A DNA stretch of 64,000 bases from an uncultured bacterium (GTDB taxonomy: Bacteria > Eisenbacteria > RBG-16-71-46 > JAFGJU01). Of this stretch, positions 31,709-42,132 are shown in pieces (position 1 is the stretch's first letter; each line of letters opens with the position of its first letter). The position numbers and the translations under genes were made by a program. Where the stretch lies: positions 2,603 through 66,602 of the forward strand of contig CAZMZP010000063.1 of NCBI GenBank assembly GCA_964570935.1, given 5' to 3'. Under the pieces are notes generated by a model. The model was given only the letters and a program-made list of their open reading frames with translations. It was not told the DNA's origin and did no database searches.

Positions 31709-34435
31709 ATGCTTGCACACTTAATCACAATCGCCGCACGGAGCGTACCCGCCGTCGAATGGCCGTCCGCCGCGTACGAATCATACGCGGCCGTGTCCGA
31801 CCCCATGAACGCCGCGGGTGTGGTCATCTTCGCGCTCTCGGGCCTGCTGGTGGCGAGCGTCGCCGTCGTCCGGAGCAAGAACAAGAAGCTCGGGGAGACC
31901 CGTCGGGTGCTGGGACAGCGGTGCGAAAAGCTCCTCGGTCTGGCGGACGAGCTCGAGTGTGCGCGCGAGAGAGTCGCCGAGCTGTACCGCCACCAGCTCA
32001 TGAGCAGCAAGAAGAGAGCGGAGAAGCTGACGAAGATCCTCGAGGTGGCCTCGGCCATCAACTCCAACCTGGACCTGGACACCGTGCTTAGCGGTGTCGC
32101 GTCGGCCGTCAGGGAAGCGCTGGGGTTCAGAATAGTCCTCCTGCGCATCCTGGACCCGCAGACCGGAAGGCTCGAGGCGAGAGCGTTCGCCGGCCTCGGC
32201 GTCGACGCAATCCGGAAGCTGGAGAGCAACGCGCTTCCCATCGGGGAATTCAAGAGCTGGTTGAAGCAGGAGTTCAGGATCAGCAGCTCCTACTTCATCA
32301 GCCACAAACACAATTTCTGGAACGACAAGGGAGACGACAGCTCCTACGTGCCGGACCTGGGGCCCAGGGAGGAGAACGAATGGCACGAGCAAGACGTGCT
32401 TTTCGTACCCCTCATGACGCGTGACGAGAAACTCATCGGCTACCTCTCGGTGGACGACCCGGCGGACAGGCGGATCCCGACGATCGAGACCATCGAGCTG
32501 CTTGAAATTTTCGGCTCGCAGGCGGTCGCCGGAATCGAGAACGCCAGGCTGTACCGGGAGCTGGCCGATCACACGAAGCAGGTCGAGGAAGCCGCGGAAC
32601 GCATGAGGGAGCTGACCGAGCTCAAGTCCAATTTCGTGTCCACGGTCTCGCACGAGCTCCGCACTCCGCTGACCTCGATAAAGGCCTACGTCGAGACGCT
32701 GATCGAGAACGTCGGGGCAAAGAACGAAACGATGCAGAGGGAGTTCCTCACGATCATACACGAGGAGACGGAGAGACTGGCGCGCCTGATAGACGCCGTG
32801 CTGGACCTTTCGCAGCTGGAGTCGGGCACGTTCCGGATCAAGAAGGACGTGTTCGACATCGGGCAGGTCGTGAAGGACGTGGTCAACGTCCTGCGGCCGA
32901 TGGCCGAGAAGAAGAGGCTCAAGGTGGAGGCGGACGTGCCGGAGTCCTCGCTCCTGCTGGAAGCCGACAAAGACTTGGTCAAACAGGTGATAGTCAATCT
33001 CGTGGGGAACGCGATCAAGTTCACGCCGGTAGACGGGAAAGTGACCCTCGTGGCCAGGCTGGAAGGCTCGATGGTGAAACTGAGCGTCCAGGACACGGGA
33101 GTCGGCATACCCAAGGAGCAGATGGACAAGATCTTCGACCGCTTCTACCAGGTGGACGGGTCGGCGGCGCGGGAGTACGGGGGCGCCGGGCTGGGGCTCA
33201 CCATCTGCAAAAGCATCATGGAGTGGCACGGCGGCACGATCGACGTCGAGAGCGACGAGGGCAAGGGGTCCAAGTTCATCACGGTGTTCCCGCAGAAATC
33301 GCTCGAGACGAGGGCCTTCGCGAACAGTGGCGAAGAGGAAGACCGCACGTCTGAGAGCATCGCGAAGCTGACCGTCGAGATGATAGCGGAAGTGATGAAC
33401 GCGAAGACGGCCTCGTTGATGCTGTTGGACGACGAGATGCAGGAGCTGACCATAAAAGCGGCGCTGGGACTCGAAGACCACATCGTGAAGAACACGGTGG
33501 TGAAGGTGGGCGACAGCGTGTCCGGATGGGTGGCCAAGCACGGGAAACCGCTCCTCATCACGAACATCGAACAGGACGAAAGGTTCACCAGGGAGAACCA
33601 TCCGCAGTACGAAACCAAGTCGCTTCTGAGCGTGCCCATACGGAACGAGGGCAAGATAATCGGCGTTCTCAACATAAACAACAAGATCTCGTGCGCTCCG
33701 TTCACGGGCGACGACTCAATCTTGCTGTGCTGCCTGGCCGAGCGGGTCGGCGTCATCTGTAAGAACCTGGAATCGTACAGGGACGTCAGGCGCGTGGCCA
33801 CGAGCACGGGCGAGGCGCTGAAGGCCCTTATTGTGAACATGAGGCGCAATCGCCTGAAGCTCTGCTCCGGCCAGTTCGTCAAGTACGCGGTGGAAGTCGC
33901 GCGGCGGATAGGAATGACCGGGCAGGACCTGGGCGTGATGGCCTACGTGGCCAGCATCCACGACGTCGGCATGGTCCGCATCGGGCGCCGGCTGGTGGAG
34001 AGCTCGTGCAGGTTCGGAGAGAAGGAGGTCGAGCTCCTGCACAGGCACCCGGAGGAAGGAATCGAGATAGTGCGGCCGATCGAGTTCATGGAACAGGTGA
34101 ACGAGCTGATACTCTGCCACCACGAACGTGTGGACGGCACCGGCTACCCGCGGGGGGTGCGCGGCTATCAGATCCCGCTGGGCGGGAGGATTCTGGCAGT
34201 GGTGGACGCCTACGAATCCATGCGACTCGGAAGGCCCTACAGAGAGGCGCTCAACGACATCGATGCGATGGCCGAGCTCCGCCGCTGCGCGGGCAGCCAG
34301 TTCGACGAAGAGGTCGTGGAGACCCTCATAAAGATCATCGAAGACGAGAAGATAACCGCGGCCGTGGGGTTCAGGCCGCGCGCCGCCCGTGGAGTTGCGA
34401 ACAATCAAGTAGGGACCCTGACGGAAGGAGGATAA
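31709..34435 (+). CDS. multidomain sensor histidine kinase: TM, GAF, HisKA, HATPase_c, GAF, HD-GYP-like
   Basis: H-box STVSHELRTPLTSIKAY. G-boxes GTGVGIP...GGAGLGLTICK. Two GAF-like segments. C-terminal HD-GYP-like domain with IHDVGM (Lys replaced) and HHERVDGTGYP. Confidence 0.8.
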   Translation: MLAHLITIAARSVPAVEWPSAAYESYAAVSDPMNAAGVVIFALSGLLVASVAVVRSKNKKLGETRRVLGQRCEKLLGLADELECARERVAELYRHQLMSSKKRAEKLTKILEVASAINSNLDLDTVLSGVASAVREALGFRIVLLRILDPQTGRLEARAFAGLGVDAIRKLESNALPIGEFKSWLKQEFRISSSYFISHKHNFWNDKGDDSSYVPDLGPREENEWHEQDVLFVPLMTRDEKLIGYLSVDDPADRRIPTIETIELLEIFGSQAVAGIENARLYRELADHTKQVEEAAERMRELTELKSNFVSTVSHELRTPLTSIKAYVETLIENVGAKNETMQREFLTIIHEETERLARLIDAVLDLSQLESGTFRIKKDVFDIGQVVKDVVNVLRPMAEKKRLKVEADVPESSLLLEADKDLVKQVIVNLVGNAIKFTPVDGKVTLVARLEGSMVKLSVQDTGVGIPKEQMDKIFDRFYQVDGSAAREYGGAGLGLTICKSIMEWHGGTIDVESDEGKGSKFITVFPQKSLETRAFANSGEEEDRTSESIAKLTVEMIAEVMNAKTASLMLLDDEMQELTIKAALGLEDHIVKNTVVKVGDSVSGWVAKHGKPLLITNIEQDERFTRENHPQYETKSLLSVPIRNEGKIIGVLNINNKISCAPFTGDDSILLCCLAERVGVICKNLESYRDVRRVATSTGEALKALIVNMRRNRLKLCSGQFVKYAVEVARRIGMTGQDLGVMAYVASIHDVGMVRIGRRLVESSCRFGEKEVELLHRHPEEGIEIVRPIEFMEQVNELILCHHERVDGTGYPRGVRGYQIPLGGRILAVVDAYESMRLGRPYREALNDIDAMAELRRCAGSQFDEEVVETLIKIIEDEKITAAVGFRPRAARGVANNQVGTLTEGG

Positions 34436-34439
34436 GATT

Positions 34440-34835
34440 ATGTCGAAGGGGAAGATCCTGGTAGTGGACGACGAGATATACATCGTCCATATACTGGACT
34501 TCAGCCTTGGCATGGAGGGCTACGAGGTGGTGACCGCCCTTGACGGCGAGCAGGCTCTTCACAAGGTGAAGAGCGACAAGCCTGACCTCGTTGTGCTCGA
34601 CATCATGATGCCGAAGCTGGACGGATACGAGACCTGCAAGATACTGAAGAACGACCCCGAGACGAAGAACATTCCAGTCATACTGCTGTCCGCGAAGGGC
34701 AGAAACGTCGACCAAACGATGGGATTCCAGGTCGGCGCCGACGACTACATCACGAAACCTTTCAGTCCGCGGAAGCTGGTCGAGAGAATCAACATGATTC
34801 TCGGTCAGCCCAGCACCCAGCAGATTGCCAGTTAG
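34440..34835 (+). CDS. single-domain response regulator (CheY-like receiver)
   Basis: ILVVDDE...DLVVLDIMMPKLDGYE...ITKPFSP. RBS GGAAGGAGG. Starts 5 nt after the kinase stop. Confidence 0.85.
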   Translation: MSKGKILVVDDEIYIVHILDFSLGMEGYEVVTALDGEQALHKVKSDKPDLVVLDIMMPKLDGYETCKILKNDPETKNIPVILLSAKGRNVDQTMGFQVGADDYITKPFSPRKLVERINMILGQPSTQQIAS

Positions 34836-35253
34836 GCGGGCAGGGGCGATATGAAGGGATTCCGGAAGAGAACTTCGGCTGTTTGGCCGGCACAGTCCGG
34901 CCCAGTCATGTTACGCGCGTACAAGGTTCTCTTCTCATCGATGGAATCGCAACCTGCGCCTCTGCCCGTTCTGATGTCGGATGTCCTGCCGCGGCCTCTG
35001 CCCGTTCTGTCCACAGAACAGCCGTCCTCGCTCCGTCCCTGAACCTCCCGCAGTGTGAGCTAGTTCCCGCTTCTCCGGCTTCACGTTCGCGCCTCCCACA
35101 ACCACACTTGCCTTGTCCCTCAGCCGAATATAGACTCTCGGTCGGGCTGCAGTCCGGCAGCCGCGCCTTTCCGGCATGACGGCCGGTTCACAGTCGTTCT
35201 AGGGCTGCGCGCGGCCTTGACGCGCGCTCCGAGGCGGCGGTCGCGCATCCGAG

Positions 35254-37473
35254 GTGATTCCCTTGTCTCATACGCAGTACGCACAGGTGGCCTTTCCGAT
35301 CCCGATCCAGAGTGTGTTCACTTATGTCGTGCCGGAGTCGCTGGCGGGGAAGGTGACGTTGGGGTCACACGTGCTGGCCTTTCTCGGAAGGCGAAAGCTG
35401 TCCGGGTTTGTCGTGGGCGATGAACCTCGACCGGATTTGAAGAGCGTGAGACCGCTGGAAGCACTGGTCCGGCCGGAGCCGGTCTTCGACGCGCGGATGC
35501 TCGAGCTCGCGCGTCTCGCGGCGGAGCACTACTTGAGCCCCCTGGGGGAGATCCTGGCGGCAGCGTATCCCGGTCACGCGGACAAGAGGCCTCGGCCGTC
35601 CAAGGGCGATGCGCCGGCCGGATCGTCCCGCGAAGATGACTCCGGCAGGAAGGACCCAGCCGGTCTGGAACTGGGCGCGGACGTGAGCTCCTGCTTCCTG
35701 CCGCTGCTTGAACAATCGGGCAGCGGAGGCCCCCGGGTGTTCGTGCTCAACGCGGCAGAGGCCGTCCGCGAGAGACAGTACCCCGGCCTCACTGACAAGG
35801 TCGTGGCCGGCGGCGGCAGCGTCCTCTTCCTCGTGCCCGAGGTCTCCACGTCATCGTCGCTGGCGGCGCTGCTTAAGGCCCGTTTCGGTCCGAGAATGGC
35901 CCTCTTCCACAGTATGCTCCGCATCTCCGAGAGAAAGAACATCTGGGAGGACTGCCGGGGCGGCCGCCTGCGGGTGGTACTCGGCACGCGCTCGGCAGTG
36001 TTTCTCCCGCTTCGCGGCCTCAGGCTTATCGTCGTGGAAGACGAGCACGCGCAGCCGTATAAACAGGAAGAGACGCCTCGATACAACGGACGAGACGTCG
36101 CCCTGATGAGGGCGCGACTCGAGGGTGTCCCGGTTGTGCTGGCCTCCGCCACGCCGTCAGTGGAAACGTACCTCGCGCTCAAGCGAAGCGAGTACCTACT
36201 CCTCGAGCCGGAGCCCCTGAACGAAGGGGCTCCGGAGGACGTGGAAGGAGGACCGCCGGAGACGGCGGTGCCGGGCACAGAGCCCGAGGTTGGGTCAGGC
36301 GGGCAGCCCGCAGCAGGATCCTCCAGGCCTGCCCGGCCGGCCGTAAGCATTGTGGACATGCGAAACTGGGACAACGTCGTGTCCGGAGGTGATGAATTCT
36401 CACGGCCCCTGGCCTCCGCCGTCCGGCAGTGTCTGGACGAAGGGCGAAGGGCACTCATCTTTCTCAACAGACGCGGCTTTTCGACGTACGTCCAATGCCA
36501 GGACTGCGGCGGAGTCGAGACGTGTCCGTCGTGCGAGCTTCCTCTCGTCCTGCATTCCGCAGACGGCGCGCTCCTCTGCCATCACTGCGGACACACGACG
36601 CACGCGCCGTCGTCGTGCCGGAAATGCAAGGGGGTCAGGTTCCGGTTCGGCGGAGCCGGCATAGAGAAAGTGGAGACGCAGCTCAAGAAGATCGCGCCTG
36701 CCGCCCGAGTCGGCCGGCTGGACCTGGACTCGGCCGGGACGCGGGCAGGGGCGCTGAGCGCCGCAGGCAGGTTCGCCGGAGGCGAGCTGGACGTACTTAT
36801 AGGCACCCTGATGGTCATGAAGGGGTTTGACCTTGGTGAGATAGCCCTGGTCGGGGTCCTCCACGCCGAGACGCAGCTCAACATCCCGGACTTCCGTTCG
36901 GGCGAACGGGCGTTCGAGCTGCTCTCGGAAGTGGCCGCGCTGGCCGGGCGGGCGGGCGATACGAGCCAGCGCGAAGGCGCCGACGGCTCCGGTCCTGCCG
37001 GGGGCTCGGACATCGCCGAAGGCTCGGGCCCTCCCGGGCAGGTCATCATACAGACCTTGAACCCGGACCACCACAGCGTGGTCGCGGTGGCCGCCGGCGA
37101 CCCCGGTGTGTTCTACGAGCAGGAGCTCAAGCAGCGGGAAGAGCTTGGCTACCCGCCGTTTTCCACGCTGGTCGCAGTGCACATCTCCGGGCCGAAGGAG
37201 CCGCAGGTCCTCAGAGTAGTCCAACAGGCCGGCTCCGCCGCCTCTTCGGTCGCGTCTTCGCTGGCAAGTCAGGGCCTGCCGGTCCGGGTGCTGGGGCCGT
37301 CGCCTGGCTACCCGGCCAGGTCGCGGGGTCAATTCCGGTGGCGCATGAGCATCAGGGCCGACAAACGGGAGGCCGCAAGCAGAGCGGCCAGAGACATTCT
37401 GGCCGAACTGGGCGGAAAGCATGACGTTGGCGGAGTCACCGTCAGCATGGACGTGGACCCCGTGGGGACTTGA
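35254..37473 (+). CDS. priA: primosomal protein N' (PriA) homolog with a degenerate Walker A motif
   Basis: N-terminal 3'-binding domain (VAFPIPIQSVFTYVVPE). Helicase motifs LVPEV, IVVEDEH and GTRSAVF. Zn-finger CQDCGGVETCPSCELPL...CHHCGH. C-terminal LIGTLMVMKGFD...FRSGERAFELL. The expected GxxGSGKT is replaced by VFVLNAAEAVRERQY. Confidence 0.8.
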   Translation: MIPLSHTQYAQVAFPIPIQSVFTYVVPESLAGKVTLGSHVLAFLGRRKLSGFVVGDEPRPDLKSVRPLEALVRPEPVFDARMLELARLAAEHYLSPLGEILAAAYPGHADKRPRPSKGDAPAGSSREDDSGRKDPAGLELGADVSSCFLPLLEQSGSGGPRVFVLNAAEAVRERQYPGLTDKVVAGGGSVLFLVPEVSTSSSLAALLKARFGPRMALFHSMLRISERKNIWEDCRGGRLRVVLGTRSAVFLPLRGLRLIVVEDEHAQPYKQEETPRYNGRDVALMRARLEGVPVVLASATPSVETYLALKRSEYLLLEPEPLNEGAPEDVEGGPPETAVPGTEPEVGSGGQPAAGSSRPARPAVSIVDMRNWDNVVSGGDEFSRPLASAVRQCLDEGRRALIFLNRRGFSTYVQCQDCGGVETCPSCELPLVLHSADGALLCHHCGHTTHAPSSCRKCKGVRFRFGGAGIEKVETQLKKIAPAARVGRLDLDSAGTRAGALSAAGRFAGGELDVLIGTLMVMKGFDLGEIALVGVLHAETQLNIPDFRSGERAFELLSEVAALAGRAGDTSQREGADGSGPAGGSDIAEGSGPPGQVIIQTLNPDHHSVVAVAAGDPGVFYEQELKQREELGYPPFSTLVAVHISGPKEPQVLRVVQQAGSAASSVASSLASQGLPVRVLGPSPGYPARSRGQFRWRMSIRADKREAASRAARDILAELGGKHDVGGVTVSMDVDPVGT

Positions 37474-37513
37474 CAGCCCCGGGCGCCAGGGTGTAGCCTG
37501 ACATACTGTTGTT

Positions 37514-38236
37514 TTGCGCCGTTTCCTGCAGTCGGCGGGGTGCCGGCTGTGTTTCATTAGGTGGTGTTTTTCAGATTTGATTACTCTGGAACAGGCAAAG
37601 GCTCACCCCACGGTGAGAGCCTTCATCGATAAGGCAGACCAGCAGCTCGGGGTCATCGGATACACCGAGCACGGCGAGCGCCATGCCAATCTGGTCAGCA
37701 GCATCTCCTGCAACATCCTCAAGCGTCTCGGCAAACCCGAGCGAGTGAGCGAGCTCGCCTCGATAGCGGGCTACCTCCACGACATAGGCAACGTCATCAA
37801 CCGGGACTTTCACGCGCAGTCGGGAGCCATGCTCGCTTACGGCGTGCTCAAAGACATGGGGATGGGGGAGGACGAGTTGGCCGAGATAATCGCTGCAATC
37901 GGAAACCACCACGAGGACCAGGGCGAGTCCGTCAGCGACATAAGCGCCGCCATCATCCTGGCCGACAAGAGCGACGTCCATCGCTCCAGGGTCAGGAGCG
38001 CGGACATGATAAAGCTGGACATACACGACAGGGTAAACTACGCGGCGACCAATTCGTTTCTGAGAGTCGTCGAGAAGAAGAAGGTGAACTCTCTCGAGCT
38101 CACAATCGACACGAGCATTTCCCAGTTGATGGAGTACTTTGAGATTTTTCTTTCGCGCATGCTTGCCTCGAGGAAGGCCGCGAACTTTCTGTCTTGCTCC
38201 TTCGAGGTCATCATCAACGGTAACAAGATGTTGTAG
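37514..38236 (+). CDS. HD-domain phosphohydrolase family protein
   Basis: HGERHANLVS...GYLHDIGN...GNHHED, an HD metal-binding pattern. Start uncertain. Confidence 0.55.
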   Translation: MRRFLQSAGCRLCFIRWCFSDLITLEQAKAHPTVRAFIDKADQQLGVIGYTEHGERHANLVSSISCNILKRLGKPERVSELASIAGYLHDIGNVINRDFHAQSGAMLAYGVLKDMGMGEDELAEIIAAIGNHHEDQGESVSDISAAIILADKSDVHRSRVRSADMIKLDIHDRVNYAATNSFLRVVEKKKVNSLELTIDTSISQLMEYFEIFLSRMLASRKAANFLSCSFEVIINGNKML

Positions 38237-38320
38237 CCGGCCGCGCTGCGACTCGCGCGGTCAATGGAATCAGTCCCCGCAGTGTTTTCGCTCAGCCCGC
38301 CGCGGCTGAAAGGAGGAAAT

Positions 38321-39538
38321 ATGCGACGCTTTCCGAGTTCTGTTCTGCTGTTCGGCTTGATCGGCGCCTTCGCCGTGACCGGCTGTGCGCAGAACCCGCA
38401 CCTGTCCGGCGGACGGCTCTACCGCAGCCAGAAGATCTACGACAAGGCCCTGCGAGAGCTCGAGCTGGCCGTCCAGCAGGAGCCGAACAACCCGCTGGCC
38501 CATCTCGAGTTGGGCATGGTGTTCGCCGAGCTCGGAGAAACCAAGAAGGCGGGGCAGGAATTCGAGAAGACTCTGCAGCTGGACCCCAAGATGCAGAAGG
38601 ACGTCGACGCCAACCGCCAGCATTACTGGGTGGAGCATTTCAACGCGGGCATCAGGCTCTCGAACGAAGAACAGAATTTCGCGGCGGCGGCGGAGGAATT
38701 CCAGAAGGCCGTCGACCTGGACCCCAAGGACGTCAGGGCCTACACGAACCTGGCGTTCTGTTTAAGGAAGACGGGGAGGCCGGATGAGGCGCTGGCCCTG
38801 TTCCAGAAGGCGCTCACTCTGAACCCGACTGACGCGAACGCCAGGAAGAACCTGGCCGCGAGCTACCTGGACATGGCCAGGAGCGAGTCGAGGGAAAAGC
38901 GCTACATCGACGCCATCATGCTGTACGAGAAGGCAGCCGAGCTGGACAGCACGTATACGGACGCGCAGTTCGAGCTGGCCAACGCATACTCGGAGGCCGC
39001 CCTGGCCGATAGCATCGAGGTGGCCAGGACTCAGTACTACGACAAGGCGGTGTCGCTGTACAACCGAGTGCTCGAAAGGACTCCGGACAACATAGACGCG
39101 ACTTTCAACCTGGGTACGGCCTACCTGGCGATGGACAAGCTGGACGAGGCCATGCCGCTTCTGCAGAAAGCCGTCAACCTGGACCCCAAGGCCTACGACT
39201 TCCATTACAGACTCGGAAGAGCCTACGCCAGGTCCGGCAGTATAGAAATGGCCACTGCGGAGATAGTAATGTCCACGGCCCTTCAGAGGGGAACTGATCA
39301 GACCGACCTCGAAGCCTGGTTCGGCGCGGACGCCATGAAGGCCAGATATCCTGACGTCACCGCGCAGACAAAGGCCATGCAGACCAACGGGAGGCCCGAG
39401 CAGGTCTACGCGTACGACGAGTCCGGCGTGGTCGTGGAAGTGTGGTTCTACTGGACCAAGGGCCTGGGGCTTTACTTCGTGAACGGCACAGCGCCGGCCA
39501 TCAGCAAGGTGGAATTCGCCCCGGTAGCAAGTCAGTGA
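38321..39538 (+). CDS. TPR-repeat lipoprotein
   Basis: ATG after AGGAGGAAAT. Signal peptide with lipobox (LIGAFAVTGC). Multiple 34-aa TPR units (AxxxYxxAlxLxP patterns). Confidence 0.7.
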   Translation: MRRFPSSVLLFGLIGAFAVTGCAQNPHLSGGRLYRSQKIYDKALRELELAVQQEPNNPLAHLELGMVFAELGETKKAGQEFEKTLQLDPKMQKDVDANRQHYWVEHFNAGIRLSNEEQNFAAAAEEFQKAVDLDPKDVRAYTNLAFCLRKTGRPDEALALFQKALTLNPTDANARKNLAASYLDMARSESREKRYIDAIMLYEKAAELDSTYTDAQFELANAYSEAALADSIEVARTQYYDKAVSLYNRVLERTPDNIDATFNLGTAYLAMDKLDEAMPLLQKAVNLDPKAYDFHYRLGRAYARSGSIEMATAEIVMSTALQRGTDQTDLEAWFGADAMKARYPDVTAQTKAMQTNGRPEQVYAYDESGVVVEVWFYWTKGLGLYFVNGTAPAISKVEFAPVASQ

Positions 39539-39539
39539 A

Positions 39540-40568
39540 GTGACCCGATTCTTTGCAGAAGCCGACTGCCAACGTTCCTTCATCGAAGATAAGACTGTGA
39601 GCGTCGTGGGCTACGGCAACCAGGGCCGGGCCCACGCGCTCAATCTTCGCGACAGCGGAGTGCGCGTCGTAGTCGGACTGCGGCCGGGAAGCCCTTCCCT
39701 GAAGAGCGCCGCGTCCGAGGGTCTCGAAACCGCGCCCATGGCGGACGCGGTGTCGCGCGCCGACGTCGTCACCCTCCTTGTTCCCGACGAAGTCCACGGC
39801 AAGGTCTACGAGGAGCACGTGGCGCCCCGCATTAGGCCGGGAGCGTCGCTTTGCCTCGCGCACGGCCTGAGCGTCCGGTTCGGCATCCTAAAGCCGGAGC
39901 GTGGAGTGGACGTTTTCATGGTGGCCCCGCTGGGCGCGGGCAGCCTCCTCAGGCGGCTCTACACCGAGGGCGCCGGGCTGCCGTGCTACGTGGCGGTCCA
40001 TCAGGATTCGAGCGGGAGCGCCCTGCAGACCGCGCTGGCTTACGCCTGGGCTCTCGGGTCCGCGCGTTCGGGGCTCGTCGAGACGACGTTCAAGGACGAG
40101 GCCGAGGTGGACCTTTTCGGCGAGCAGGCGGTCCTGTGCGGCGGGGTGTCGTTTCTTCTGCTCAAGGCGTTCAACGTCCTGGTGGAGAGCGGGTACGAGC
40201 CCGAGATGGCCTACATGGAATGCGTTAGCCAGCTCAAGGCGTCGGCCGACGTCATAGGCAAAGACGGTCTGGACGGGTTCGCGAAACGGGTCAGCACGCC
40301 CGCGCTGTACGGCCTGCTGACGCGGGGGACCCGCGTAGTAGGAGAGGAGGCCGAGCTCGCGATGAGGCGGCTTCTCAAGGACATTCAGTCGGGCGAGTTT
40401 GTGCGGGAGTGGCTCCGCGATGGCACGGCGGAAAAGGCGGCCGACGCGGGCTCTCGCTTTTCCCGGCTGCTGGCCGCCTGGAACGCTCTCAGGATCCACG
40501 GAGTGGGTCGCGGCCTGAGGGGAGCGTCCGGGGGGCGGCCTGCTGACGGCGGGCCCGACGGCGCTTGA
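39540..40568 (+). CDS. ilvC: ketol-acid reductoisomerase
   Basis: VSVVGYGNQGRAHALNLRDSGV Rossmann motif. GTG start 1 nt after the TPR stop. Confidence 0.9.
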   Translation: MTRFFAEADCQRSFIEDKTVSVVGYGNQGRAHALNLRDSGVRVVVGLRPGSPSLKSAASEGLETAPMADAVSRADVVTLLVPDEVHGKVYEEHVAPRIRPGASLCLAHGLSVRFGILKPERGVDVFMVAPLGAGSLLRRLYTEGAGLPCYVAVHQDSSGSALQTALAYAWALGSARSGLVETTFKDEAEVDLFGEQAVLCGGVSFLLLKAFNVLVESGYEPEMAYMECVSQLKASADVIGKDGLDGFAKRVSTPALYGLLTRGTRVVGEEAELAMRRLLKDIQSGEFVREWLRDGTAEKAADAGSRFSRLLAAWNALRIHGVGRGLRGASGGRPADGGPDGA

Positions 40569-40576
40569 AATGCCTC

Positions 40577-40605
40577 TTGACAGGTTTTCGACAATGGGGT
40601 AGCAT
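40577..40605 (+). promoter_or_regulatory. candidate rho promoter, TTGACA-N17-TAGCAT
   Basis: Perfect -35 and a 4/6 -10, about 270 nt upstream of rho. The leader that follows is C-rich and G-poor, resembling a rut-like autoregulatory region. Confidence 0.4.
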
Positions 40606-40872
40606 ACTATCGAAAGCGGAATTGACCTGTCGCGTTTCTTCTCGCCTGGCGCCCTCGTTGACTTTGTCTCAATGACATCATTATTGCGAAGGCCCTTTGC
40701 CGGGTTTGGATCCTTGTTCGCAGATTCCTCAGGTCGCGTTATGCCCGTCGAGTAACACTACAAAGAACTGGCATTTTCCTGCATGAACAAGCGTCCTGAT
40801 TTACCAATCTGTATGTGAGATTCGTGCGTTCTTGACCTGACCCCCTGGGTTCAAGCGTGAGGAGTGTGAGTT

Positions 40873-42120
40873 ATGGGCATTGCCGAAATGAAGGGTAAGA
40901 CGGTTGCGGAGCTTGTGCAGCTGGCGCAGCAGCTCAACATCGCGGGCGCCAGCGGAATGCGCAAGCAGGACCTGATGTTCAAGATCCTGGAGGCGCAGAC
41001 CCAGCAGAACGGCCTGATATTCGCCGAGGGGGTGCTGGAGATCCTGTCGGAGGGATACGGCTTCCTCAGGTCCACGGATTACAACTATCTGCCCGGCCCG
41101 GACGACATATACGTCTCACCATCACAAATCAAGAGGTTTGACCTCAGAACCGGGGACACCATCTCCGGCCAGGTCAGGCCGCCCAAGGACGGGGAGCGTT
41201 ACTTCGCCCTTCTGCGAGTCGAGGCGGTCAACTTCGAGAGCCCGGAGGTGGCTAAGGACAAGATCCTGTTCGACAACCTGACTCCGCTCTACCCGCACGA
41301 GAAACTCAAACTCGAGGCGAAAAACCACGACATTTCGACTCGCATCATGGACCTGCTCAGTCCCATCGGAAAGGGACAGAGGGGTCTCATAGTGTCGCCG
41401 CCCAAGGCGGGAAAGACGATCCTCCTTCAGAAGATAGCAAACAGCATCACCGAGAACCATCCCGAGGTCATCCTGATAGTCCTCCTCATAGACGAGCGGC
41501 CCGAAGAGGTCACCGACATGGAAAGGTCCGTCAACGGAGAGGTCGTCAGCTCCACCTTCGACGAACCGGCCGAGCGGCACGTTCAGGTTGCCGAGATGGT
41601 GCTGGAGAAGGCGAAGCGTCTGGTCGAGCACAACCGGGACGTCGTGATACTTCTCGACAGCATCACGCGACTCGCCAGGGCGCACAACACGGTCGTGCCC
41701 CACAGCGGGAAGATCCTGTCTGGCGGCGTGGACGCCAACGCCCTTCAGAAGCCGAAGAGGTTCTTCGGCGCCGCCAGAAACATCGAGAACGGCGGAAGCC
41801 TGACGATCATCGCGACGGCGCTGGTCGACACCGGAAGCCGCATGGACGAGGTCATTTTTGAGGAGTTCAAGGGCACGGGCAACATGGAGCTCGTGCTTGA
41901 CAGACGCATCAGCGATAGGAGAATATTTCCTGCGCTGGACATCAACAAGTCCAGCACCAGACACGAGGAGCTTCTGATGCCGCAGGACGAGCTCAACAAG
42001 GTCTGGATACTGAGGAAGTTCCTGGCCGAGCTCAATTCGGTCGAAGCCATGGAGTTTCTCATCGGGAAAATGGGTCAGGCCAAGACCAACAAGAAGTTCC
42101 TGGAATCCATGAACGCATAA
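40873..42120 (+). CDS. rho: transcription termination factor Rho
   Basis: N-terminus [27 protein letters not shown]-loop PPKAGKT. Q- and R-loops. 415 aa. Confidence 0.95.
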   Translation: MGIAEMKGKTVAELVQLAQQLNIAGASGMRKQDLMFKILEAQTQQNGLIFAEGVLEILSEGYGFLRSTDYNYLPGPDDIYVSPSQIKRFDLRTGDTISGQVRPPKDGERYFALLRVEAVNFESPEVAKDKILFDNLTPLYPHEKLKLEAKNHDISTRIMDLLSPIGKGQRGLIVSPPKAGKTILLQKIANSITENHPEVILIVLLIDERPEEVTDMERSVNGEVVSSTFDEPAERHVQVAEMVLEKAKRLVEHNRDVVILLDSITRLARAHNTVVPHSGKILSGGVDANALQKPKRFFGAARNIENGGSLTIIATALVDTGSRMDEVIFEEFKGTGNMELVLDRRISDRRIFPALDINKSSTRHEELLMPQDELNKVWILRKFLAELNSVEAMEFLIGKMGQAKTNKKFLESMNA

Positions 42121-42132
42121 GGGAGAGCGCTA

